DNA of 63,222 nucleotides, the filler included, from Basidiobolus ranarum (Eukaryota), in the NCBI GenBank assembly GCA_040143965.1. It is 32 parts of 32 records of this genome, joined end to end, with 100 filler letters (N's around TTAATTAATTAA, not from the genome) between each part and the next. Parts side by side here need not be neighbours in the genome. Positions count along the whole stretch, not along the records: positions 35,682 to 37,559 come from JASJQH010004167.1; positions 37,660 to 39,536 come from JASJQH010004168.1; positions 39,637 to 41,513 come from JASJQH010004169.1; positions 41,614 to 43,489 come from JASJQH010004170.1; positions 43,590 to 45,465 come from JASJQH010004171.1; positions 45,566 to 47,440 come from JASJQH010004172.1; positions 47,541 to 49,414 come from JASJQH010004173.1; 25 more parts are not named here. One strand, written 5' to 3'. Shown in pieces: positions 35,682 through 49,514 of the stretch. Below the pieces are notes generated by a model. The model did not search any database. It was given only the letters and a program-made list of their open reading frames with translations, and had not been told where the DNA came from. The position numbers were made by a program, and so were the translations under genes. Every line of letters begins with the position of its first letter. Within the stretch, counting starts at the first letter, position 1.

Positions 35682-37559
35682 TATCCTCACAGCTGGCTGG
35701 ACTTACTGGTTTGACCAAATTTGCATTTCTATCTACTTCATTCTGGTCATATAACTTTGGTAACTCCACAGTATGTTGACTTTTGGCAGTGTTACTAAAA
35801 CTTTGAGGCAGAGCACAGCCAGTGGACTCAGTGGGCAAGGCTAAAGTTAATTTCATGCACTTGTTAGAGTTGACATTGACCTAGCTTTGTGCAGCTGGTG
35901 GCTTTGTACAGTGACCATGCTTGGATTATTTTTTCTATCAAGTCTCTGACTTTCATAGCACAACAATTTGTGTCAATGATAGCAGGGCTTCTTTAAATGT
36001 TTTGGTTGTGGCATGAGAAGGATATTGTAGAAAAAGGAACACCTCCTACGTAAGGGTAGTATTTTAAGTATAGGTCATCAATAGGATCAGCTAACTCTGA
36101 GATGGTGTCACAGATGAGTCATCAGGGGATTTGGAAGATATTTCTGTTAGTTGAGGGCAAGTCTGGTTTATTTTAAGCTGTTTCCAAGCAATTTCACTAC
36201 ATCAAGTTTACCATCTGAAAACTTTGGTGCCATTAAAAAGCATTGAGAATCAAGGTCAAAAATGGCTTTGAAGCCAAAGCCCGCTTGCACAAAAGGAAAA
36301 AAACCAGCAACAACAGAGGACTTAATTGAAGAGCAATCTAGCAATCTACTTTCCCTTTGGAAGGCATTGACATGCTTGAAACCAACTCAAGTAATGATGA
36401 ACCATTGATCAATTTGCAGATGTTTTCTGTTCTATCAATAGTGCAAGTGAAGAGATTGTAATCCCCCAATTATGTAGTCAAGCAGTAGTTGAACAAACAC
36501 CAACCAAAACACCATCAAGACTGTCAACTTCCAAAATGGCTACTTTGCCCACTATTGAACAACCCTATGTAGAAATTGGATAGAATTATAACAACAAGGG
36601 AATCACAGGCAGAACACCATAATGGTTTGTATGCAATCATAAGTAAAAGCTATAAAGTTGCTATACAGGCCATGACAAGCAATAAAGCCACAATGTAGCA
36701 ATTAATGTAGTGTTTGGAACCAACTAGTCAGCAGTTAGAGAGTCACTAAACAGTGATACAAGACCTTGAGACTGCTGTACTTGGGCTACAGCAAAATGCT
36801 GCACCCTCCATGCATTCTCATATGGGATTTCAATCAATTGCACACCATAAATATGAAAGTCACCATGACAATTACCTAACAAAAATAAAATTGATTTGAT
36901 CTGGACTGGATCCACCCATCTGGATCACAAAACTGTCAGAGAACCATTGCAATATTGATGGCTTGCACTCTACCAGGGATTTTGATGGTGTGATGGCGGT
37001 TTCTGGATGGTATTTTGATGGTGTTCCTACATGTTAAATATTGATCCTCATATTTGGCCTGCATTATTCATTTCTGGCAATTTTTGCTAAAATATATTCT
37101 TTGAATGGCAAATTACTGGGTTTACTACTGTAGGAATCCAAATTGATATGCATGCCTTCATTTAGATATTTTTGGCTTTGTATTCAAGCCATAGTAATAA
37201 TCAAAAATTAAAAGAATCTTGTTGTGTTTAGTCTAAACATATGCACATACTTGACTGATCAGACATAACTTTACAACATCAGTATGCTTTACCAGCAAAC
37301 TAATGGAGGAAAAATGCTAAACATCTGTAATTTTGAATAGCACTGGCACTTTGCAAATAGCTGACTCTTGTTACCATTCTCAATGAGAACAGCTCTGGGA
37401 TTTTTGCCAATTTCTGTCAAGAACTCAGGCAATATATTCCTGACTTGCAGTCAACAAATGTCCTGCCACAAGTAGATATGTCATTGCTTGAATAGATTAC
37501 CACATGACCAAAACAATAATACTGCATATCTTGATCTATTTCACCAAGAAGTCTGTCTT
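35682..37559 (-). mobile_element. CMC interior (transposase ATG 36014 minus; ORF-A plus ~36227-36873) with a CMC right end inserted at 36874
   Basis: Homology to contigs at 23808 and 61574; ACCTAACAAAAATAAAA terminus. Confidence 0.88.
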
Positions 37560-37659
37560 NNNNNNNNNNNNNNNNNNNNNNNNNNNNNNNNNNNNNNNNN
37601 NNNTTAATTAATTAANNNNNNNNNNNNNNNNNNNNNNNNNNNNNNNNNNNNNNNNNNNN

Positions 37660-39446
37660 TAAATTTTGCATATATCCACACAAATCTGAATGAATTAGAT
37701 CCAATTTTTTGACAGATTTGATTAAACCAGAGCTCTTGAACAGCTCCCTGGCTTGTTCTCCATATATAGAACCCTCACAAACTTCCATTTTGGTTGGTGG
37801 GATTAATTTGAATTTTTGAAATTAGGTGATTTTTGATCATTTTGCTCAAATAATCAGATCCAATATGGCTGAATCTCTTATTCTATAATTGAGTAGTTTC
37901 TTGATTGGAATAACTTTTATTTATACATAAGCCCCTTGGACTATATGTAAATTTATATAAGTTGTGATTCTTTTCTCCCAAAGCTATATACTTCCCATTT
38001 TAATCAGTGATGGTGCATCTGGACTTATGAAAATTGAATTTATCCCTTCAGAGGTGGCCTTGCATACATATATTAGGTTCTTGGCAATATCTGGAGCAAG
38101 CAGTACATCCTGAAAAGTATTCACTTTCTCTTCAGAAGCTCCAGTTAAATTGACTTGAATTGTTCTCATTCCAATGGCATCCAATGTATGGTCATCTCCC
38201 ATGAAAACCTTTCTAGTTTGGATTTCTTTGTAATCCACAAATCAATGTTTTCATTTGTGAAATGTTGAGAGGCTCCAGAATCAATATATCATGTCTGAGA
38301 ATACCTGTTGATAGTCATAGATAGAGCAGATATGAACAAGTGATCTTCTGTTGTAACCACATTTCCAGATTCAGTATGTTTTTCTTCTTTTGCAATTCTT
38401 TTAAAGCAATCTTTGCTTATATGGCCAGTTCTTTTACAGTAATCACAGAATGTGTTACTTTCTTTCTTAAAGCTCTTTTGACCTTTATAGGAAGGTTTCC
38501 CATAGCCTATTGAAGTATTTTCTTCATTCTTTGGGTTAGATCCTGGCTTCTGCAAATCTTGATCTAGAAGTCTGCCAAATACATAATTTAAGGTCAAATT
38601 TTCAGGTCTTGATTCTAGACCAGTACTAGGCTCTAAATCTCATGTGACAGGCTATCCAGGACTGTAACCATGATATCTAGATCAGAAGTAGATACTCTAA
38701 TGCATTTCATTTCATCCACTAAAATAGTGACTCTATTAATTAGGGATTTATTGACTTCTCCTGGCTTCATATTAAAGTTAAAGCATTGTCTTCTTGGAAA
38801 CATCTTGTTGGCAGCAGAACATGTTTGGTAGGTATCTTCCAAGGCTTTCCATACCTTATTGGCAGTTTTAGCTCTTGAACATTGAATCAGCAACTTGTCT
38901 TTAACTTTTAGACAAATTGTGTTAAAGGCACTTTGTTCTTTTTTAACCTGGAGTAAAACTTTGGTTTCACATAGTTTTGCATTTTCTTCTTCTCCTACAA
39001 CAATGTCCCAAAGTTCTTTTTCTTGCAGCAGCATTTTCATTTTAATTTTACAAACTCAATGATTGGTTCCATCCAATTTTGCAGAAGAGGGAAAATTCTA
39101 TAAATTTGAGAAGTAGACATTACAGAAAGGGCAAACTTGGTGCTCATAGCCTATTGCAGTATTTGGGAGCATGTTGGAAGTGGTTTGGAGAATCAGAGAA
39201 ATAGGTGGCTTTCACTTGTTGATTTATTGAGTAGAAAGTTAACATTTATAGTTTTGTCAAGATGTAAAGAAACTAACATGTAGAATGTGTTAAGGACAGT
39301 CCGAGGAATATGTGTGCAAGGTTAGGGGCTTCCAGCACAAGTTTGAAAAAATCTATATATCTGAGAACTTCTAAGCTGGTGTCAATATTGTAAGTAAATT
39401 CTAACTGAGAATAATGAGTGATATCTTGGTTCAATATAGGATAACT
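37660..39446 (-). mobile_element. Copia element 5' half: LTR-C (39152-39446), PBS (39140-39151), gag (ATG 39120), protease, integrase start
   Basis: MKMLLQEKELWDIVVG, CDYCKRTGHISKDC, YIDSGASQH. Confidence 0.93.
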
Positions 39447-39636
39447 TGTTGGAGGATCTTGACATAATGGGGTAGACTTTGAGTATTAGAAGCAACTTAT
39501 GATAGTGTGTTTTAGTTAGTTTATTCTTAAGAGTATNNNNNNNNNNNNNNNNNNNNNNNNNNNNNNNNNNNNNNNNNNNNTTAATTAATTAANNNNNNNN
39601 NNNNNNNNNNNNNNNNNNNNNNNNNNNNNNNNNNNN

Positions 39637-39911
39637 ATTGATCCTTGTAGTCCCCAACATGCCAACTCTCAAACTTGCCACAGTATATTCCCTATTCAGT
39701 ATATTATGTTTCACCCTGCAATATCTATATAAGCCCCATATATTCCTTAATTGGACCTCCGTCTGATCAATGCCAGTTATCAATAAAGATTCTTGCCAAA
39801 GTATCTTCCTTGTCCAGTCTTGTCTTGTCTTGTGGTCTATACCCAAGTACTCTCCTGCCTTCTAGCTTCTTGTTGTTGTTTCCAGTCCTTGTCCAGTTCC
39901 TTATTGTGACA
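39637..39911. repeat. LTR family D (probably Ty3/gypsy)
   Basis: Ends TTATTGTGACA; other copies at 41614-41870, 43013-43108, 51489-51886, 53462-53681 and 61351-61573; opposite end ATCATGACA. Confidence 0.7.
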
Positions 39912-40650
39912 CAGCATGTCCTTAAAGTTATCTGGACTTGCTGGATTGACCAAAGTAGCATTTGTACCTGCATCATTTAAGTCATATAACTGTAGTAACT
40001 CCATAGTATCCTGACTTTTGGCAGTGTTACCAAAACTTTAAGGCACAGCACAGCCAGTGGACTGAGTGAGCAAAACTAAAGTGGATTTTGTGCACTTATT
40101 ACTGTTGGTACTCACCAGGCTTTGTGAAGCTGGTGGCTTTGTACAGTGACTATGCTTGTTATTATTTTTTCTATGATGTCTCTGGCTTTCATAGCAGAAG
40201 AATTTTTGAATTAGCTTCCAAGCCAAAGCCAGCTGGCACAGATGGAGAAAAACCTGTAAGAACAGAGGAGTTGAATGATGAGCAGTCTAGGGATCCACTA
40301 TCTACTTTGGAAGGCATTGACACACTGGAAACCAACGCAATCAATGATGAGGCATTAATCAATTTGCCAGATGTGTTCTTTTCCTGCAATGAAGCAAGTG
40401 AAGAGATTGTAATCCCACATTTACATAGTAAATCAATAGTTGAGCAAAGTTCAAAAAATCACTCTCAAGACCATCACCTTCCAAAATGTCTACTTTGCCC
40501 ACCATTAAACAACCCTCCATAGAAAATTTGGATAGAATCATCACAACAAGGGAATTGCCGGCAGAACACTATCATGATTTGTATGCAATCATAAGTAAAA
40601 ACTACAAAGGTGCTGTACAGACAATGACAAGCAATAATGCTGCAGTATAA
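39912..40650 (-). mobile_element. CMC interior with the transposase/ORF-A intergenic region deleted
   Basis: Transposase N-terminus joins directly to ORF-A ASKPKPAG at ~40200. Confidence 0.8.
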
Positions 40651-41513
40651 CCCTAACAGAAATTTGAGGATTGTTATTGTAGGAAAACCGTCATAATTTT
40701 AATCCATTTGGGATTGACCGTTTACTTAAAATCATAAAATTGTCAAGTTAGATTTGAGTTTAATCAATTTTTTCAGTTTCAGGGGTGAAATTTCAAGATC
40801 TTGCAAATAGTTCAGCATGATTGGCTACACTCTGAAATTTCAAGATCTTGCAAAATAGTTGCAAATGATTGGCTAAAATCTCAGAGAACTATGATTCAAC
40901 ACATGTGCAAAAAACGTAACTCAAATTTTAAACAATTACCACTTGAACACTAATTTGTCACCTTTGAAATCCCTAGTCTCTTTGATATATTCTCCTGAAT
41001 ATTTTTATAGAGTTCTTCATACCCAAGGTTTAGCTCATACTCAACATGAGTTTCTGTCAATATCTCCATTAAAGCCCACCATTGTATTAACGTTGCTGAA
41101 TCAACATTCTTCCAGCTATATGGCAGATACCCTGCAATATTGTGCCACTCTGTATTAAGTTCTTCCCAGATATCAGCACAGTCAACGCCAGACTGAATGT
41201 CAAGTTGAATGTTCATCTTCTGAAGCTACTTTCTGCATACTTGCACTGCATTTTTCCCTTCATATGTTTGAAAATACTTCTCAAGCACTTTAACTATTTT
41301 TGTACGTCCTTGTAGTGTGACACTACTGAGGGTGCTTTGCAGTGTTTGTGCGGCTTTTTGCTTGCCTTTACCTCTGGGACTAATTTCAACACTTTGAAAA
41401 GTACCAGTTGAGGTTAGAGAGCCATGAGTTTTATTTGCTGGTGTTTTGGCTTGTTGAGAGGTGCCAGGTGTTGGATAGACTTCCAAATTTAGCACTCTTC
41501 CAACTGGTGTACC
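40651..41513 (+). mobile_element. CMC left end with the ORF-A C-terminal half on the minus strand (40950-41513)
   Basis: CCCTAACAGAAATTTGAGG; ORFs 41226-41495 and 40950-41216 are one frame split by a stop. Confidence 0.9.
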
Positions 41514-41870
41514 NNNNNNNNNNNNNNNNNNNNNNNNNNNNNNNNNNNNNNNNNNNNTTAATTAATTAANNNNNNNNNNNNNNNNNNNNNNNNNNNNNNN
41601 NNNNNNNNNNNNNATTGTGACAGGGATGATGTAAGGATGACCAGGTTATTTTTCATGAAAGGTCTTGGCAGAAATACACTATATTTGGGATGACATGATT
41701 AGTTAGAATTCATGTAATATTCCAACAAACATGACTTCTATATAAGGTAACCTGGATGAACTAATACAAGATTGCCAAGAAGGGAGGGCATAGCAGATAT
41801 GATATCTTAATCTAATAATAGAACAGTTCAATTTGCAGTGGATTAGTATGCCAAGATCACAATCATGACA

Positions 41871-43012
41871 CCAACTGTGCAAAGATTTTATAATTGGATA
41901 AGAAATATTTTATTACAGGTCAAAGAAGATAGACTAAATCTATGCTGGTTTTCAATACATTCCCTGCTCCATCTTTCACAATGCTTAGAGATTATAGGCC
42001 CTTGCTATACATTCTGGGAGTTACCAATGGATCACATCTGTGGTGAAATGATGCTCCATGTGAAATTGTCAGTATTACAATATGCTAATATGATTAAAAA
42101 TGTATCAGCAAAATCTTTGATTCATGTAATGCAATGGGTTAAGGAGCCTCCAGAGTATATTTACCTTCCAACAAAGGGCTCTTTTTAATGTGCTCATGGG
42201 CTTTTGCATTGTTTGAGCATAATAACAGCAACAAAACCCAATCCATGGATATAGAGTAAGGACCTCTGTAATTTGCCCTAATTTGTTTAGGTGATAACCT
42301 GATGGTATTTCTAGGAAAGGTGCAAGAGAGACTTCTTGGGGAGATAGATCAAGATAGGCAGTATTATGATTTAAGCTATGAGGTAATCTATTCAAGTCAT
42401 GTCACATCTACTTGTAGCAGGAGATTTTTTGGCCACAAGTCAAGGATATTTGGGCTGATTTCTTTATGGAAATTTGCCAAAATTCAAGAGCATATTCTGA
42501 TTGTGAATGTTAACAAGAATCAGCTATTTGACAAGTGTCAGTGCTATTCAAAGTTTGAGATGTTTAGCAATTTTTCCACTATTAGTGTGCTAGTAAAGCA
42601 TAGTGATGTTGTTGAGTTATATCTTATCAGTCAAGTTTGTGAATATGTAGAGACTAAACACAACAAGATTCCTGTATTTTTTGATTCTCATTATGGCTGG
42701 AATACAAAGCCTAAAATATCAAACTAAAGGCATGCATATTAATTCAGATTCCTATAGCAGTAAACCCAGTTATTTGGCATTCAAAAGTTAAATATTTGAG
42801 AAAATTGATGGAAATTCAATAATGCATGCCAAATATGAGGATCAAAATTTTAACATATATGAATACCATCAAAATACCATTAAGAAGCCACCATCAAACT
42901 ATCAAAATCCCTTGCAGAATGCAAGCCACCAATATTGTGACAGTTCTCTAAAGGTTTTGGGATCCAAAAGTATGGATCCAATTTGGATCAAATTGATTTT
43001 TTTCAGTTAGGG
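41871..43012 (+). mobile_element. CMC transposase C-terminal half and right end
   Basis: HSLLHL..IIGPCYTFWELPMDHICG (WxFPMER motif region); ends GTTAGGG. Confidence 0.9.
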
Positions 43013-43108
43013 ACTGCTCCTAGAGCAAAGTCAGATGCATTAATTTCCATAATGAATGATTAAGTTCCATTTGCAGTGGATGAGTATGCCAAGATCAGAA
43101 TCATAACA

Positions 43109-43489
43109 GTTTCTCACTAAACAAACACACCATTGGAAAGGCTGCTGGCCAACAACTTTACTTAACTTAAGTCTTCTGGCTTTGGAATGGTACAAGAGTT
43201 ATACTATTTTGATACTATTCATCATATCTGGACCTAAATTGCCAGTCATTATACATAACTTCTTGGAGATTTGATGGCAGAATTTGAATGGTTATCAAAT
43301 GGGATTCAGATGGGTGATTATTTTTTTATGGCTAATAGAACTCTATGTATTGGTGGCACTCCTGTTATCAGTAAACTTGGAGGTTTTTGCAAACAAAATG
43401 CACTTTCTCAATGTAGATTCTGTCAGATCAACAGAGTTTGCTCTACTTAGCATATGCATTACTACTATCCAAATAGAACACTAAACTAC
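43109..43489 (+). mobile_element. CMC transposase core fragment
   Basis: Homologous to 49980-50355. Confidence 0.85.
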
Positions 43490-44190
43490 NNNNNNNNNNN
43501 NNNNNNNNNNNNNNNNNNNNNNNNNNNNNNNNNTTAATTAATTAANNNNNNNNNNNNNNNNNNNNNNNNNNNNNNNNNNNNNNNNNNNNAATTCTCAGTA
43601 GGTAACCTACTTTGCTAGACAGGAGATGCTGATAAGGTCACACCAAATAGCATTCCAATTGTTTAACATGCAATATTCTCACAGCATTCAAATTTTGTCT
43701 ACATTTTTTATTGTAAAAATATGTCACTTGGTATACATCAGATAAATGACTTTAATATCTTAGAGATAAGAAGTATTAAGGAGCTTTAGGTACACAAAAG
43801 GTTAGCGCCATGATCTCTAACAAGAGTTTTGATATACCCAATTTGCATTAGTTTTAAAAACAGCTCATTTTGTAAATACATCTGATCTTATGCCTCCTTG
43901 AATCATTGTCTTTTGATAGACACTATAGTTCAAAGGGTTAGGGTATAGATGTTCTAGTAAGGGTAAGGATGTAAACAAGGGGTCTGGGGGACACAGTCCT
44001 CCCAGTATGAAAAGAAAGCAGGGAGTATTGCGGATGCAATCGCCCATGTACACCCCTCCCTCACAATAAACACAAGTTATTAGTATTTGGGAAGTATTGG
44101 GCTTACTCAATATTTCCAAATGTCAGATATCTGATCTCTGACTCAAGTGAGAAAGTTAAACTGCTGGAAATATTGTTACTAAGTCATTTC

Positions 44191-44536
44191 TGTTGAAATT
44201 TGCATTGCCTAAACGCCTATATAGTTATATATAGCTTAGTATTTAGTTATCCTATACTGAACTAAGATATTACCCATTATTCTCATGAAGAATTTATTTA
44301 GAATATTGACACTAACTTAGAAGTTCTCAGATATATATTTTTTTAACTTGTGCTAGAGGCCCCAAACTTTGCACACATGTTCCTGGGATCTTCCTCAACA
44401 CATTCTACACGTCAATCTGCTTACATCTTGACAAAACTATAAATGTCAACTTTCGACTCAATAAATCAATAAGTGAAAACCACCAATTTCTCTAATTCTC
44501 CAAACCACTACCAACAGGCTCCCAGATACTTTAACA
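44191..44536 (+). repeat. Solo LTR family C
   Basis: TGTTGAAA...TTTAACA; flanks ATTTC/CTTTC. Confidence 0.88.
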
Positions 44537-44689
44537 CTTTCCTACTTGTATAGCTCTAATCAATTTTGTGACATTTCCCAATTGTTAAATCTTTGCTAAT
44601 ATTTGATTTTTGTTTTGTTTGATGTGTGCTCTATTAGCAATACTTGACAAATAAACATATATAGTGGAAGTTGAAACCAAGGTTCAGAA

Positions 44690-44869
44690 GGATATGGTCC
44701 CAGGAACATGCGTGCAACGTTTGGGGCTTCTTTGAAAAATCTATATATCTGAGAACTTCTAAGTAAATTCCGATTGAAAATAGTGAGTGGCATCTTAGTG
44801 AAATATGGAATAACTAAATACTAAGCTATATATGACTATATAGACGTTTGGGATATGCTAATTTCAACA
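44690..44869 (-). repeat. LTR-C-like fragment just downstream of GFA1
   Basis: Matches 20090-20288 and ends TTCAACA. Confidence 0.8.
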
Positions 44870-44913
44870 ATATGCAGGTGATAAATCGTCAAGTAGCAGT
44901 TGCTTCTCTAAAC

Positions 44914-45465
<552 letters not shown>

Positions 45466-45565
45466 NNNNNNNNNNNNNNNNNNNNNNNNNNNNNNNNNNN
45501 NNNNNNNNNTTAATTAATTAANNNNNNNNNNNNNNNNNNNNNNNNNNNNNNNNNNNNNNNNNNNN

Positions 45566-46272
45566 GCTGATTAACAGGCTATAAAAAATGTATTTCCATA
45601 AGGTAAACAAAATAATAAGCAGGTACTCTATATTAGATAATATTTTGTCGACTTACCCTTCCTTTAACTCTGTCGTTAGGATTCATGAAGCTTTTGAATT
45701 CGTATTTATCTCTAACATAGCCCTCCATCAACCTAAAAAAGCAACTTTAGGTTAGCCTCACGTACTTTCCCGGTAAAGTTGCATCTCAGGGAGTTTGCAT
45801 ACTTGCTATCTAAAGGAATTGGGTGTTTTTCAGGATGAGGATTAAAGAACTGGTTCGTGTTGGCGTTTCCCCAGTTGATCATGTTCTATGAGAGGGAATA
45901 TGTTATAGGAATAGTGTAGGCTAAATATGGATTAAACCTTATAAAAACCTGAATCTGTTCTGGTGTCCAGGTATCTAAATTGATAGATTTGACTTTGGAA
46001 ATGTGAGTGCCTAAACAGCGATGAATTCCCGCACAACTAATGCATAGAAAAATTCCTAGGTTATGTGAAGCCCAGCGTGGGCCTATTTGCAAAAGGGAGT
46101 CAATATCTCACTTCACATACTAACAAATGCTTAGAAATGAAAAGTCGCAGATACCAGAGGCTTTACAATCTGCACAGGCGGAATTCCCAGGTTGCTTCAC
46201 TAGCTCTTCAAGAATTTTTTCATGTCGGTCGTCCAATTTCTTCTTCTCTCTTGCTGACAGAGTGGCACTCAT
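45566..46272 (-). CDS. ArfGAP-domain protein (SMAP/Age2-like), 5' exons 46272-46155, 46082-45949, 45885-~45803, ~45732-45657
   Basis: [55 protein letters not shown]. Confidence 0.95.
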
Positions 46273-47307
46273 TCGAGGTAAGACTGTTGTTGAGATACGT
46301 TTATTTCGTGAATCAGATTATGGTACGATACAGATCAGAAAAACCCATGAAATTTTAAATGAATATCTCGGTATATGCCATGATTTTGATCTGATCCATG
46401 ATCTGATACTGTGACTTACCACCCCAATTTTCAATCGGAAATTAAGCGAAGTTGGATCTGAGACATGACAAAGAGTCTCTCATTCCATCCTAATTTTAGC
46501 TAGGTTTTGAACACTGGCGAATAGGATCGGGGAACTGGTGTTGGTGTCGTAAGTGGCACATGATTTCTTCTTAGGAAAAGACGTGAGCACACTGCTGACG
46601 GTCATTGAGTTCGTGGTAGGACAACTGCCATATACCAGCATCAGGTTTTATAGAAAGCTCTAGGATTATGTCCAACTGTATTTTTAGAGCTTACACACAC
46701 CGCAGACTTTCGCTCTTTTCATGTTCACATTACTTGGCACTTACTAATATATTTAAGAAAATGATTTAATTTATGATGATCCAGCTTCGCTTTGTTCCTG
46801 GATCAAAAATATACAGCTCAATTCATTAGGCAAGAAACCCATCCAAACTAATACACAAGTCACTAGCTCTGCCCAGTGTGATCTTCACCGTTGATCTTGT
46901 CGAATAACTGGGAGTCAACCACCTAAATGGAATCACGTTTAGTAACTGAAGAGGATTAGATCTTTGCTGTAGAGATATGCAGATTACTAACGTGTAGTTT
47001 GGAATCAGACATGGATCGCTTCCTTGCTATGGCTTGGGGCTCAACCAAGCTCTCGAGGTTAATATCTTCCAGCTCATCTGTCGATCTCCCCCAGTTAAAC
47101 CCACCACCGCCCTCTTTCTTGGGTAGACCGCGGGCATCTTGGTAGCCAGTCCTATAATGAACATCAGTACAAGCTTATCAAACTGGTAACCGCTTCGACC
47201 TACCGACTGATGTGATGATCTTGGATGAGAGCAGATGGATTGGTGCTTCTTCTGGAGCGAGTCATAATGTTGGAGATTAAGAGCAATTTGAAAACTTCTT
47301 CGGGCCC

Positions 47308-47440
47308 TTACTGCTTGGCTTTTAACGCTTCTCGCTGCGCTCGGTAGCCGCACATCGGCAAGTGATCATTCAGTCAGGTGAAGAAACCATTACTCACCTT
47401 CCTGAATAGAAAGGTTTTCAGCACCTTTAGTAATTTCTTG
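47308..47440 (-). CDS. Possible last two exons of an unknown gene
   Basis: A GTGAGT..CTGAC..CAG intron joins KKLLKVLKTFLFRK to REALKAKQ*. Confidence 0.35.
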
Positions 47441-47540
47441 NNNNNNNNNNNNNNNNNNNNNNNNNNNNNNNNNNNNNNNNNNNNTTAATTAATTAANNNN
47501 NNNNNNNNNNNNNNNNNNNNNNNNNNNNNNNNNNNNNNNN

Positions 47541-47846
47541 TCTCTATATCTATATAACAAGTATGTCATATTACCCCTGCTTATCTATTATATCTTATTA
47601 CACAAACTCCTGAATATCTCAAACAATTGATTTACTTTTCTACTATATAAGGCACCATATACTCTTAAGAATTAACTAACAAAAACACACTATCATAAGT
47701 TGCTTCTAATACTCAAAGTCTGCCCCCATTATGTCAAGATCCTCCAACATTTTCCCTCTTCTGAAAAACTGGATGAAATCAATTATAAAGTTTGGAAAAC
47801 TAAAATGAAAATGCTGTTACAAGAAAGGACTTAGGAACACTGTTGT
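47541..47846 (+). mobile_element. LTR-B end (47749) followed by a copia gag fragment
   Basis: CCTCCAACA, then FPSSEKLDEINYKVWKTKMKMLLQE. Confidence 0.82.
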
Positions 47847-48835
47847 CCCTAACAAAAATAAAATTGATTTGACCGGGATTGGATCTACTGTTCTGGTTTG
47901 CAAAGCTATCAGAGAACCATCAAAATATTGTTGGCTTGCATTCTGCCAGGGATTTTGATGGTGAGACAGTCGCTTGTTGATAGTATTTCAGCAGTATTCA
48001 TACATAGTAAAGAATTTATCCTTATATTTGGCATGCATTATTTCATTTCCAACAATTTTTGCAAAAAACTAATTTTTGAATGATAAATTACTAGGTTTAC
48101 TGCTGAAGGAATTCAAATCAATATGCATGCCTTTATTTAGATATTTTAGGCTTTGTACTCCAGCCATAATGAGAACCAAAAAATTCAAGAATCTTGTTGT
48201 GTTTAGTCTCTACATATGCTTGTACTTGACTGATCAGACATAATTCACCAACATCAATGTGCTTTACCAGCACACAAATGGTGGAAAAATTGCCAAACAT
48301 CTGAAATTTTGAATAGCTCTGACACTTGGCAAAGAGTTAGCTCTTGCTACCATTCACAATGAGAATAGACCTGTTCCATTGTGCCAGGATTTATTGGACC
48401 TTAGCTTTTTTTTTAAAATTGATCATGCCAGAGGGTGCTGGATAATGCCAAATTGTGCTGCACAAATTTTTCAAAACTCTATCAAAGATGATATATATAG
48501 CACAATCTGGCACTATCAATGGGAACAAGTCCAATAAGCACTTGAATTTTTGCAAATTTCCATAATGTATACAGCCACAATATGCCCAACTTGCAGCCAA
48601 CAAATGTCTTGCCACAATTAAATGTGTCATAGCGTGAATTAATTACTACATGGCTAACTATAATACTGTGTATCTCTATATCTCACCAAGAAGTCTGTCT
48701 TGCAGCTTTCCTAGAAATACCATCAGATTATCACACAAACAAATTAGTCCAAATTATAGAGGTACTTACTCTGTGTCCATGGATTGGGCTTTGTTGCCAT
48801 TATTGTACTCAAACAATGTGAAAACCTGGTACTTA
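47847..48835 (-). mobile_element. CMC right end inserted in copia gag
   Basis: CCCTAACAAAAATAAAAT at 47847. Confidence 0.9.
48367..48532. mobile_element. 166-bp MITE, probably PIF/Harbinger-type
   Basis: AAT|AGACCTGTTCCATTG...CAATGGGAACAAGTCC|AAT; absent from other CMC copies. Confidence 0.75.
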
Positions 48836-49414
48836 TGTTAAGGTATTTGGGACCTGTTGGAAGTGGTTTGGAGAATTAGAGGAATTAGTACTTTTCACTA
48901 ATTGATTTATTAAGTATAAAGTTGACATTTGTAGTTTTGTCAAGATGTAAACAAACTAACATGTAGAATGTGTTAAAGAAGGTTCCAGGAGCATGTGTGC
49001 AAAGTGTGGGGCTTCTAACACAAGTTTGAAAAATCTATATATCTGAGAACTTCTAAGTTGGTAAAAATATTCTAAGTAAGCTTCAATTGAGAATAATTGA
49101 TAATATGTTAGTGAGTTATAAAATAGCTAAGTACTAAGTTATATATGACTATATAGGTGTTTAGGCAATGCTAGTTTCAACACTGTCCCTCAACTAAATA
49201 GTTATGTAACCTAATCCTAATAAAGATCTAAATTTCTCAAATTTCTGTCTAGCTAATAGTTTGGTTAATATGTCAGCAATCATGTCTTCAGTATAACAAT
49301 AAATTAAGTCAATAAACTTATTCTCTATAGTCTCTCTAATGAAGTGATGCTTAATATCTATATGTTTGCTTCTATTATGAAATGTGGGATTTTTATCCAA
49401 TTTGATACAACTTT
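48836..49414 (-). mobile_element. Copia RNase H end, PPT and 3' LTR-C (48836-49182)
   Basis: KNPTFHNRSKHIDIKHHFIRE...MIADILTK. Confidence 0.93.
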
Positions 49415-49514
49415 NNNNNNNNNNNNNNNNNNNNNNNNNNNNNNNNNNNNNNNNNNNNTTAATTAATTAANNNNNNNNNNNNNNNNNNNNNNNNNNNNNN
49501 NNNNNNNNNNNNNN

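Noticed and set aside
46311-46415. ApT-dense patch upstream of the ArfGAP as a 6mA cluster
   Set aside because: Only modest enrichment for AT-rich DNA, and methylation cannot be read from sequence.
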